Shown piece by piece: positions 12,456 to 23,640 of a stretch of 55,333 bases of DNA. Made by a program: the position numbers and the translations under genes. Position 1 is the first letter of the stretch. Each line of letters begins with the position of its first letter. Below the pieces are notes generated by a model that saw only the letters and a list, made by a program, of their open reading frames with translations, was not told the DNA's origin and ran no database searches. The DNA is from Gekko japonicus (lineage: Eukaryota), in assembly GCF_001447785.1 (NCBI RefSeq), contig NW_015173690.1:905080-960412 (forward strand), given 5' to 3'.

Positions 12456-13486
12456 GCAGAGGTGGGATACAGACTTTTAAATACAGTGGTGTAAGCATGT
12501 ACACACTTAAGAGTAAGTCGTATTGACCTCAATGGGATATATTTACAAGTCAATAGATATAAGATTGCAGTGTGTGTGTGTCTAAGTACATGCCCACAGT
12601 AATACATTCCTATTTCCATTAGTATTGGCCAACAACTTCTATGGTGGAATAAACTCCTTATTAGCATATAGCAGAACAAATGGTGAAAGCTACAATTCTA
12701 CACATTTGTTTGGGAGCTGGCCAATTCAAGCCAGAGGGACATAGTACTATGTAAACATGCTTAGGCTTCTACTGAAAGTGTGCTGTGTGACTAGAGATGT
12801 AAAATTTCCGGAAATTTTGAAGCTTGGAAAAAAACCCGGGTTTTTTCCGTTTTTTTTTCGGGGAAAAACGGAAATTTTCGGGAAAATGGAAAAAAATGCT
12901 ACATTAGCATTTATTTTGTCTTTTCTAGATTGAAAGTCATTCTGTTACTTTAGGAACATAAAATATGACTATGGACATTTTTACTTGGCATGAAATTATC
13001 ACAACTAGCATATTAAAAATATAGTGTATCCAAACAATTGTTACAAACAGAATACCCATCCACATGCAAAAACAAACCTGAAACCTTTTTATTTTCTTCT
13101 GACAATAGCACCTCCTAAAGAAAGAAATGCATCTTGTTCTTGCATTGGAGAGTTCAGTTTGTAACCTAGGACTTGCTTGTCCTCAGTGCACAGAAATTAG
13201 ATCAATCTGATGTCATATATATATATTTTAGAAATTATTTGGAAAATATTTGAACACCTTAAAAGATTTTATTCATCATGTTAAAATAAAACGTTCCATA
13301 ATCAATTTCTTTTCTTTTCTTTTCTTTTTTCAATGTTTCCAATTTTTATTAAATGAGTGAAACAGTCACATAAATGTGTAATACCCCAAACAATTACCAT
13401 CTCAGCTTTAATTATGTAGTTTGACAATACCAAGCGACACTGCCATTAGCCTCATGTATTCAGATAACATCATTTCTTCATGCCTT

Positions 13487-13750
13487 GTTTGGTGTAGTGG
13501 TTAAGAGCAGCGGACTCTAATCTGGAGAACAGGGTTTGATTCCCCACTTCTCCACATGTAGCCAGGTGGGTGACCTTGGGTCAGTCACAGTTCTCTCAGC
13601 TGTTCTCTCAAGAGCAGTTCTCGCAGAGCTCTCTCAGCCCCACCTACCTCACAAGGTATCTGTTATGGGGAGAGGAAGGGAAGGAGATTGTAAGCCGCTC
13701 TGCAACTCTGAGTGAAGGGTGGGGTATAAATCCAACTCTTTTTCTTCTTC
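13487..13750 (+). mobile_element. tRNA-derived SINE (Squam3-like)
   Basis: Same family as the 8748 copy. Confidence 0.88.
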
Positions 13751-13886
13751 ATAAGACACAGTTGTATTGCACCTTCAGTTTTCATCTTACTTTCAACAGT
13801 GAACTAAAAATTGTTGTAGTGATTTAAGACTCCATTTCTTATCCTCTCATATAAGACCTAATATCTTTCCCTCTGAATTTCTACAG

Positions 13887-14038
13887 CTCGCAAAAACAGC
13901 TCATGACTTAAGTAAAATGGCTACAATTTACTTGGTAGACGTAAACAAGGTGCCAGTATACACCCAGTACTTTGACATCATTTATATTCCATCAACAGTC
14001 TTCTTTTTCAATGGACAGCACATGAAAGTGGATTATGG
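13887..14038 (+). CDS. TXNL4B: TXNL4B coding exon 2
   Basis: Acceptor ctacag, then LAKTAHDLSKMATIYLVDVNKVPVYTQYFDIIYIPSTVFFFNGQHMKVDYG, then donor gtaagt. 152 nt, phase-consistent. Confidence 0.95.
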
Positions 14039-15037
14039 GTAAGTTGCTTTGCATACGTTTATCTCACCTACTGACAACCCCACTTTATATCAAAGTCATT
14101 TATGAAGTTTCCAAGCTGCATCAACACGTAGAAGAATAGTGTTCAAACTGGGAGAGATGTGATTTAGTATAAGGCTAATATTTGTCTGTATTCAAAATAG
14201 TTCAATCCATAACTTGACTAAATAAAAAGTAATTCTGGAAGAGCAGCTATATACATGGAGCAGCCCCCCCCAAAAAAGTAAAAGTAACAAATGAAGGCAT
14301 TAGAGTAATTCCTTACGAAGAAATTAACACATTTGTGTTTTCTTTGGTTTAGGAGAGGGAAAGCTGGGAGGCATGCCAGAGATTTATGAAATTATGCCTA
14401 CAGTAAAGACATTTTTCTCATTATATAACACTAGAGCTTGGGGTCATCCACTAAAATTGATAAGGAAGTAGATTCAGGACTGACAAAAGAGAATGCTTTG
14501 CATAAAACAACATTCATATTAAATTTACTACCATTAATTATGACCACTGACTTTAAAAGGGGATTAGACAAATTCTAGGATGTTAGGTCTCTTAATGGCT
14601 ATTGGCCCTGATTGCAAAAAAGAACCTCTAAATTCAGAAGCAATATATTTGTGGATAACCATTGTGTTATGTGCTTTCTAGAAGCATCTGGCTGGAAACT
14701 ATCTTAGGAATGTCCTGATACCTTAAAAGACTGAAAAATTACTGATTGAACTGGTGGAGTACACTGGCTAAGAGAATGAAGTGTGACCTGGGAAGTTTTA
14801 TTTCTGCCAATAATTCACTAAGTGGCCTTAGGCAAGTTGCTCACACCAGCCCCAGCAAAATGAAAATAATACTAACTAAACTTACAGGGCTATTATAAAG
14901 GGATTAAAACATAAGCATGTGTTTGAAGTACTTTGAAGGGCACAATATAATTCGTCACACTTCAAATAATAAACGTTTCAGAATGTAAATTTTGTAGAGT
15001 TGTAATCTGCTGCCACTTGCCTTTCTTTCCTCTGTAG

Positions 15038-15203
15038 ATCTCCAGATCATACTAAATTCATTGGAAGTTTCAAAACAAAACAAGACTTCATAGATCTGAT
15101 TGAAGTGATTTACCGTGGAGCAATGTGTGGAAAACTCATTGTCCAAAGTCCAATTGATCCTAAGAATATTCTGAAATATGACCTCCTCTACCAGGACATT
15201 TAA
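15038..15203 (+). CDS. TXNL4B: TXNL4B coding exon 3 (terminal)
   Basis: Acceptor ctgtag, then [54 protein letters not shown]. Total CDS is 450 nt (149 aa). AATAAA at 15453-15458. Confidence 0.95.
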
Positions 15204-16644
15204 ATGACCCTATGGAGATGAACAAATTTTGGGATGTGAACTTCAGAAGTCTGCTTAGCCCAAACCTTCTTCAAATGTGTAACAACGTTTGAGATCAGAG
15301 GAATTCAGACTTATCCTCAGAATCATATTGGTCACTATTGGAAGACGGATATTCTGTCATGAGTTAACAGGAACAGCTATTCTCACTAAATTAGGTTACA
15401 TGATTTATTCCTAATCTATTAAAGTAAAAGAACCTCTTATACGGAGGTTCTAAATAAATATGTCAAGGCTACTTCTACATAGTAATCTAATGTTTAAATG
15501 TTGCTAATTCTTTAAAATTAAACTAGTTCTATTAACTGGTGTGATTTTCTTAGCAATCAAATGAGCATCACCATGAACAAAACTAATCTTCAGAAATGTA
15601 AGACATTCTGGTGTTGCTTATATTAAAATGGATAGTAGGTTCTCTGCTAAAGAATGGTGATAGAAGCTTATTGTTTATGGACTTAGGTTGGCTTCTTACA
15701 GACTCAATAGTGTTTGGATTGTTGTTCAGTTCTGCATATCTTTAATTCAGGTGTTTTTAAGTGCAGTGCTGCAATAGGGAAACCTGAGTAAGGCTAAACC
15801 TAACTTCAGACTAGGTATTTTGCACTTATTATTTGCATCATTTGTGCCCCACCCTTCTCCCTAAGTGGGAACCCAAAGCAGTGTACATTGTACTGCTCTC
15901 CTCCATTTAATCTTCATCACAACCCTGTGAGGTAGGTTGGGCTGAGTGTGTGACTGGCCTAAGGTCACCCAGCATGCTGCCATAGCAAATTCAGGATTAA
16001 AACCTAGATTTTCCAGATCATAGTGTGAAACTCTGGCATCACACTGGATCCTATGTACTAAACTATCCCTTCATCTACATCTATTAACAGTGCCATACAA
16101 AGCAGAGTTACACAGCCACTAGGCTTAAAAGGGTACAGTTCTACTTAGGATGGCACAGTAAGTGGGTTAGTTTTTCACTAGCTCAGGGAAGGTCATTCTG
16201 CCTCCCCCTTCAAAGGCTGTAACAAGGACTGTGGGAGCTACATGGATAAAGGTCACATGAGGCAGGGCTGTAATGAGAAGGGCAGTTGGTTGAGATTGCC
16301 CCTGCCTCCTGTTGTGGCAACAGACATCTGGTAGGATGCAATCTAGGGGGTTTCTAAAACAGGTTCACACCAATATTTTTCAAAGAAAACTCTGCCATAA
16401 ACTCTGTTTATTTTATGATACTGTAAAACTAAGGAACAGCTGCTACATTCCAAAAGACACAAGTTTCCATTAAATAAAATGTAACTATAATTCAGAATAA
16501 GACTTTACAGAATATTTTCATGATTATTAACTCTTCTTCATGTCTAAATAACATTTTGTGTGTAATGTTACACAGGTGAGCTGCAGCAGCTATAAGGCAA
16601 TATGCCACTTTTACTAATGACAGGAGTATGAGCAATATGTGAGT

Positions 16645-17661
16645 TTAAGTTTTTTTCATAACTCTTCTACTCCTTGTTGCAATAGGAGAACGAATAACGT
16701 GTGCTTTAGTGCTGATTTTCAGTTCATTCTTAAGATATTTGAAAATGGACTGTAGACTAGAGGAAGGAGCAAAACCACGCTTTTCAGTTCCTGTAGAGAC
16801 TGTAGGACAATCTGTTTTCATGGAGTGGCCTACTGCTTTATCTAGAAGTTTATTATTTGATATCCATTTACGGCAATGCCTCTGGATCCATTCCTGCACT
16901 TGGCAATTACCTTGTGTCTGGTGCATTGTGTGGTGAGTAGAGTCAACAAGAGCAACAGCATATACCTTGTTCATAACCTCAGCAGTTCTCTGCATGAGCA
17001 AGTTAATGAAAACCAATCCTCCATAGCCATGAGCAATGAAAGCCACCTTCCCAGCTGTACTCTTTGAAATGAAGTGGTCCCAAACATACGTCATATGCTC
17101 TTCAGGGCTACTGTTGTGTCTTTTGGAAATTACATGTGATGACGTTAAAACACAAGAAGATTTTTCATCTGTCTTCAGAGCAAGGAAATTGTCATTGGGA
17201 TTTAGCACAATCACTTCCCAACTGCACTGTAGTGCCATTGTAATGAATGGTATCTGAGTACCATGTTGGAGCCCTTCATGAATTGTGGCCTTTTGATCCC
17301 ACTGACCAGCACGAAAGACTCCTCGATCTTGAAGAAGAACAACTAGAGTCGTGCAGTTCCTTAATACATTCTCACTCATGAAAATGAAACTCTTAGGCTC
17401 ACTGTCTAGAGCATCTATTGGGATGTAAATTTTTTGCAATTTGCAAACCTGTTCCAAAATTTCATAAACATACTGGGTAATTAAGTGTCCAAGAACTTCA
17501 TAACGTTCATGATTATTGTTACGTGAATTGCTATAATTAAAAATAAAAGGTTCATTGGTATCTACATGCCTAAGTTCACCATTTTTATTAAAGTCATAGT
17601 TCAGTTTTTCTGGGCACTTGGAACCATATATTAGTTTTCTGAAGCTCAGATCCTCAATCAT
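16645..17661 (-). CDS. FAM172B: FAM172B / ARB2B, Arb2-domain alpha/beta-hydrolase-fold paralogue of FAM172A, intronless CDS
   Basis: FAM172 motifs (YDFNKNGELRH, RYEVLG, SFIFMSE, RAGQW, GTQIPFI, VIVLNPNDN, SSPEEH..YVWDHFI, AHGYGG). Acceptor tttgtag| with the exon starting at 17670, ATG at 17661. Position between SENP7 and TRMT10C matches human FAM172BP. Minus-strand AATAAA at 16412-16407. Confidence 0.92.
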   Translation of the reverse strand: MIEDLSFRKLIYGSKCPEKLNYDFNKNGELRHVDTNEPFIFNYSNSRNNNHERYEVLGHLITQYVYEILEQVCKLQKIYIPIDALDSEPKSFIFMSENVLRNCTTLVVLLQDRGVFRAGQWDQKATIHEGLQHGTQIPFITMALQCSWEVIVLNPNDNFLALKTDEKSSCVLTSSHVISKRHNSSPEEHMTYVWDHFISKSTAGKVAFIAHGYGGLVFINLLMQRTAEVMNKVYAVALVDSTHHTMHQTQGNCQVQEWIQRHCRKWISNNKLLDKAVGHSMKTDCPTVSTGTEKRGFAPSSSLQSIFKYLKNELKISTKAHVIRSPIATRSRRVMKKT

Positions 17662-18863
17662 TTTCAACCACTACAAATAAAATAGATGGAGAGAGGCTAT
17701 GTCATAAAGGCATACTTTTTCAGGGAAATATTTTCAAGTTCTTTCAACATCAAGAATATGGTTGACTGTCAAGACCTGATTTTTCATTAGATATTGACTC
17801 AAATCTTAGTTTTAGTAAGAGAAATAACAATTCTCAGCATCCTCCACATCACCCCCTCATCAGGGCATGACAGCTTACAAGATCTAATTAAATTAGACAT
17901 GTTTACACCTCACTGATTTCAGTGTGCAAACTGGGCATACTTCTAATTGAAAACAATGTGATATACACTGTGATCTTAAACAGACCCTCCAGAAAGGGTT
18001 AGTGTTTAGTTAACATTTATAGTTATTGATTTACAGTAGTGCTTAGAGTGTTGTACTAGGACCTGGAAGACCCAGATTCAGAATCCCACTCTGCCATGGA
18101 AGCTGGCTAGATAATCTGGGGCCAATCACACGTTCTCAGTCTAACCTACCTCACAGCATTGGCACGAGGATAAAATAGAGGAGAACAACATAACCTGCTA
18201 TGTATAAAATTATAAAATATATGTAAATATATACTTACATTCATGCTTCCTGAAAGTAATCGCAAAGGCTTCTAGGCACTTCTGTTATTCTTCAGAGGTC
18301 CGTCTAAACAGATGCAAGCATTATGATGGGCTACAGATCAATGTCTCCCTTTGTCTCTTCTAATAAATGTGTAATTATAGTTCCAATTCCAAGAGTCTGA
18401 AGCAATTTATAAATAGACCATTGTTCAATTATTTCTTTAAAATCAGATGTAAAATATGTACTATTTGCATATACTGAGAAAAATGTAAGCCATTTGCCAC
18501 AAATCAGTGCTTCTTAAGCTTGTTTACTAAATACCACAATTCTGGTTTCTTTATGTTTGAATACCACCACGTGGCATAACCACCATGTTGGCAGAACTCT
18601 TAAAAGACTCCCATATTATATCTACTAGTGGTTTTTTTTTTAGTACGAACATAAGAAAAGCCATATTAGATCAGGTCAATAGCCCATCTAGTCCAACACA
18701 CTGTGTCACACAGTGACCAAAACCCAAGGGCCATCAGGTCCACCAGCAGGGCCAGAACTCCAGAAGCCCCCTTACTGTTGCCCCCCCCAAGCACCAAGAA
18801 TACAGAGCATCACTGGCCCAGACATAGTGTTCCATCTATAATTTGTGGCCAATAGCCACTGAT

Positions 18864-19060
18864 GCACCTTTGAGACTAGCAAGATTTGGGGGGTATAAGG
18901 TTTTGAAAGAAAGCTCCCTTTGTTGGATATTGCATATCCAATGAAGGAAGCTTTGATTCTCAAAACCTTATACCCCCCAAATCTTGCTAGTCTCAAAGGT
19001 GCTACTGGACTGGAATCTAGCTGTTCTACTGCAGACCAAATGGCTATCTTCTGAAACTAC
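18864..19060. mobile_element. Penelope-like fragment in inverted arrangement
   Basis: 43-bp perfect inverted repeat (18864-18906 / 18960-19002) and the ...AAAGGTGCTACTGGACT pLTR-like motif. Confidence 0.7.
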
Positions 19061-19364
19061 CTCCTAAGTGTGTCTCATCAAGGACAATGCTCATTTTCTG
19101 GCACCCCAATCCTCAGAAGCAGATGCTGCATTTCCCCTTGCACTTGGGGCCAAAAGGTTACCTCTCAAAACACTGTTCTGTCATTATTCTATAATAAATG
19201 TATAATTTTAATATTTTTTTTTTTTTTAATGTTGTAACCTGCCCGGAGTCTCAATAGGAAAAGAAAATGATAAATGAAGTAAAATTAAAAAATCATCAGA
19301 TGCAGTAATCCAGCAGGCACGGGTCCTTGAGCATGACAAAAATGAGTTCTGTATGATGCCAGCT

Positions 19365-19529
19365 ATGGAGCTGCGGTGGCTCAAGTGGTTAAGACGCTGA
19401 ACTGCAGGCTGTGGAAGGTCAGTAGTTCAGTGGTTCAAGACCCGGGTGCCGCAAGACAGGGTGAGCTCCTGTCTCTAGTTCCAGCTCCTGCCAACCTAGC
19501 AGTTCGAAAGCAAGAAATTGCAAGTAGAT
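19365..19529 (+). mobile_element. Sauria SINE 5' half only, with 13-bp TSD
   Basis: TSD TATGATGCCAGCT at 19352-19364 and 19530-19542. Confidence 0.85.
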
Positions 19530-19879
19530 TATGATGCCAGCTGCGGTTCTGTCGAAATTGCATTTAAAGGGTTTCAGTGCGAAGCTAGACATTGGTTTTT
19601 AGCTTACTGTCAAACTTACTTTTCGTCTAATAACAACTTTTAAGGACTTCCTATTTCAGATAGTTGTGAGATATGGATCACCTCTTTGAGCTACAGCTGC
19701 TGATACAGGTAAACCTAAGTCACAGCCTTCTCATTTATTAGCGTTTTAACTCGCAATTTGCTTCACTGGGTTCGAGTCCACAAGGGCTGGGACAAATAAT
19801 AATAAAATAAATCTGCCATGGCGATTCGAATGCCCCAGGCATGACACACTGAAGAAAGCCCCACCAACTCAGAAAGAAC

Positions 19880-20710
19880 TCGCTAATGCCAAGTCCACCG
19901 CCTACGGCGTATAGAAGCAGCCTTTGGCTCCGTTTTAGGGGGGGAAGACAATTTTGCATGCTACGCCGAGGGGGCGGTGTGAGAATAACGGAAGTAAATA
20001 GCGGCGAAAGGGGCGTGTAGTTGAAGGAATCTGGAGACTAACGCAGCAAGCCAGCGTCCGAGATGCCGAGAACTGTTTCGTCGTAGAGGCCCGAGAAAAC
20101 CCACTTTGACGCGCAGAAAGTGAGGCAGAGGCAGAGCCCCAACGGTGCTCGACAGCTGGGCCCGGAGAGAACCTAGAAAGGGGAAGGCGAGGGGAAAGTG
20201 GCCTTCGGCAACAAAACCGCTTACCGCGGCTCTTCCGGTCTCCTCCAGAGGGGCGGCGCCTGTTTCGGAAATGGCGGGTGTCCCTGCTCAGGGAGAGGCC
20301 GGCCGCTGCACTCGGAGGGCGCAACAAAGGCGAGCGGCGGGGGAGGATTTGCGTGGACTTTTCTGGCCAGGTGAGAGAGACGAAGGGGGGCGGGAGGCGT
20401 CGTGGCCTCGTTGCCGTCTGCCGTAGAAAGGCCCTCCCTCCCTCCCTCCGCGGGGTTGTTGGCTCATTGTAGGAGGGCGAGCAAAGAAAAAAGGCTTCGA
20501 TACAACTGGTCGTCGCGCGGGAGGCTCGTCTGTCCCTTCGTTGACAGGTGTTCGCGAGCGAGACGAGATAAGCAGTCCGAGCTTGTTTACTCGGAAGTAA
20601 GCCCTGCTAGGAGTCGATTGCGGCATTACTGTCAGATCAACGGGAGAAACAGACGATATATGGTTTTATTTTCTGAAGTCTTTTTTTAGTGCTGCCTCGC
20701 ACTGTACGGT
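19880..20710. promoter_or_regulatory. CpG-island bidirectional promoter FAM172B/SENP7
   Basis: High CpG and GC content. ETS motifs (ACGGAAGT about 19988, CTTCCGG about 20232, TCGGAAGT about 20591) and GC boxes. Contains SENP7 exon 1. Confidence 0.8.
20271..20370 (+). CDS. SENP7: SUMO-specific protease 7, coding exon 1
   Basis: ATG in good Kozak context (gaaATGG), MAGVPAQGEAG...GLFWP, then donor CAG|GTGAGA. Phase 1 fits the next exon. Confidence 0.7.
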
Positions 20711-21267
20711 GTTAAAGGCTCTTCGATTTTGTGTTTTAATCCGGGCTAATCAGCTCCTGTGCTCATTTGTTATTTTTGTGTCCTACAAGAAACATCACAG
20801 TGATAGGGGGGGAAAGCAGTCCAGGGGTACTCTTGACACAAATAGGATTCATTGCAGTATAAGCTTTAGTGAGTCAGTACTCACTTCATCACATTTAGTT
20901 TGCCTTGTTTCTTCAGGTTCAGGGTATTCATTGATGTATTTTTCTGTCAGAATTTCTGTCACCTTAAGATTTGTCTGATAGACTGGAATCTAGCAAGTGG
21001 AGCATACATTATGACCGGCTTCATCCTAGGAAAAACTGTTTAATTTCTGCAGGGTGACAAATGCTTAATGTGTTAGAGGTCCCAATAAAAGAAAGTTTGA
21101 AACCTTTGAGTGGATCCTAAGAAGCTATATTTTGTGATTACACACAGCTTCTGTTATTCCCTTCTCCAGTTGATTATTGATCTGTGCCACATTTGTATTC
21201 TTCATTAAAACAACATCCCCCTCCCAAAAGCTGCTGTACCCTACTTCTTACAGTTGTTAGAAAGAAT

Positions 21268-21533
21268 TTGTTGTTGTTCAGTTGCACAGAAGTCCGACTC
21301 TTCGTGACCCCATGGACCACATCACGCCTGGCCTTCCTGTCCTCCGGAGTTTGCTCAACTTCATGTTCATTTCATCGATAACACTGTCTAACCATCTCAT
21401 CCTTTGCTGTCCCCTTCTTCTTTGAGCTTCAGCTTCAGTATCCAGCCTTCCAGGGAACAGTCAGGGTTGATTTCCTTTAGGATTGACTAATTTGATCTCC
21501 TTGCAGTCCAAGGGACTCTCAAGAGTCTTCTCC
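21268..21533 (-). mobile_element. Bov-B (RTE) LINE 3' fragment
   Basis: Characteristic GATCTCCTTGCAGTCCAAGGGACTCTCAAGAGTCTTCTCCA and GACCCCATGGAC, with a (CAA)n tail. Confidence 0.85.
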
Positions 21534-22339
21534 ATATCTGTATTTTCTTCATATCTGTATTTTCAAAAAGAAGTGTGCATTTAGAAGGTGCAGAAAAATC
21601 TATGCTTTACTATCCTAATTATAACTGTGATAAAGTTGTTTATTAGCTCAAAATGCTTACTAACCTATATTAAACAGTATTGTTTATGCATATGTATTTT
21701 GTGACATAGCTTCAGATCACAGGCTATTAGATTGTCAGATTCAGGTTCAGATAGCACCTGTGCAGTGATCTTGGGCTACTCACGTTCTCGACCTAACCTA
21801 CCCCACAGGGTGTCATGAAAATAAATAAAACGATGAAGGGAAACAAGTCTGCCACTCTTAGCACCTTGAAGAGAAGGGAGGATGAAGATATATTAGAGTG
21901 ATAAATTCATTCACAGAGAATAGGCATTAGGTTATTAATTGATGGATTTCATAGTGGAACCCCTTATACAGGGACAGCTAAAACTCATTATAGAAACATT
22001 CTTTACATAGCTTAACACTGATAACAAATTCTTGTGTGTAGGGGGAGGTAATCAGTCGAATTTAGGTACTGGAAACAATCAGAATGTTCAAGGAGAAGGC
22101 AGACGTCTTTTTTTGGAGAGCACAGTTGTCAGCCCAAAGACTCCACATGTTTGTTGAATATAAGAGAGCATATAGTATTCTGTTCCTGTAGGATGTTTTT
22201 TGAGTGGGAGGGGGTGTCCCTCCCAGCATGCAAGATCAGCTTTCTCATTCTTTTGGTAAGCCTATCTGGATACACATGGATCTCTGCTCTATGTTTATCC
22301 AATTCTCTCTTGAAGCTGTCTACCTTCTCTATCATATGC

Positions 22340-23142
22340 GTAATTTTTGTAAACCTCTATCATGTCACCCCTCAGTTGTTGTTTCTCCAAGCTAAAGAGC
22401 CCTAACCTTATTAACCTTTCTTCACAGGGAAGGTGTTGCATCCATCATTTTAGTTGCCCTTTTTTGTACCTTTTCCAATGCTATAATATCTTTTTTGAGG
22501 TATGGTGACCAGAACTGTACACAGTACTCCAAATGAGGTCGCACCATTGATTTATATAGGGGGATTATGATACTGTCTGATTTGTTTTCAGTCCCCTTCC
22601 AAATAATCCTCAGCATAGCATTTGCCTTTTTTATTGCAATCTCACACTGAGTTAACATCTTCAGTGAGTTCTCTACCAAAACTCTCTCTTTCCTGGTCAA
22701 TTACTGCCAGTTCGGACCCCATCAACGTATATTTATAGTTAAGATTTTTGGCTCCAGTGTGCATTACTTTGCACTTGCCTACGTTGAACTTCATTTGCCA
22801 CATTGCCACCCACTCTCCCAGCCTTGACAAATTCCTCTGGAGCGCCTCACAGTCCTCTGGTGTTCACAACTTAGTATCTGCAAACTTAGCCACTTCACTG
22901 CTTACTCTCAGCTCCAAATCATTAATGCGCAAGTTACAAAAACCACCAGACCTAATACCAAGCCCCACAGTACCCCACTGCTTACCACCTTCCACTGTGA
23001 AAATCGCACATTTATACTCACTCTCTGTTTCCTGGTAATCAAACAGTTTTTAATCCACAAGAGGACTTGTCTCATGACTGCTAAGTTAGGAGACTTTGAT
23101 GTGGAACTTTATCAAAAGGTTTCTGTAAGTCTAAGTAAACAT
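22340..23142 (-). mobile_element. CR1 LINE fragment (RT C-terminal region)
   Basis: Translates WQMKFNVGKCKVMH and LYKSMVRPHLEYCVQFWSP, frameshifted. Confidence 0.92.
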
Positions 23143-23279
23143 TGACATCAGTGGGTTTCAAAGGGCATAGTGCTGTATAGGATTGTACTGTTAACAGGCT
23201 TTTCTGAGGGGTGGACCTTCTCCATCAGGTACTTTTATAAGGTTGTAGCCCAAAGTGGACTCTGGCTCAGAAAAGCTTA

Positions 23280-23640
23280 AAAGGTAAGGTAAAGGTTCCC
23301 TTGCTCGAAATCCAGTCGAGTCCGACTCTAGGGTTGTGGTGCTCATCTCCGTTTCAAAGCCGAAGAGCCAGCGCTGTCCGAAGACGTTTCTGTGGTCATG
23401 TGGCCGGCATGACTAAACACCAAGGTGCACCGAACGCTGTTACCTTCCCACCGAAGTGGTACCTATTTATCTACTTGCAATTTCTTGCTTTCGAACTACT
23501 AGGTTGGCAGGAGCTGGAACTAGAGACGGGAGCTCACTCCGTCATGCGGCACACTCGGGTCTCGAACTGCTGAACTGCTGAACTACTGACCTTCCACAGC
23601 CTGCAGTTCAGCATCTTAACCACTTGAGCCACCGCAACTC
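23280..23640 (-). mobile_element. Sauria SINE, full length with 14-bp TSD
   Basis: TSD CTCAGAAAAGCTTA at 23266-23279 and 23641-23654. Confidence 0.9.

Noticed and set aside
12792-12900. Palindromic A/T-tract-rich segment beginning TAGAGATGTAAAATTTCCGGAAATTTT
   Set aside because: Looks like one end of a DNA transposon, but no matching second TIR was found. Not a CRISPR-like or regular array.
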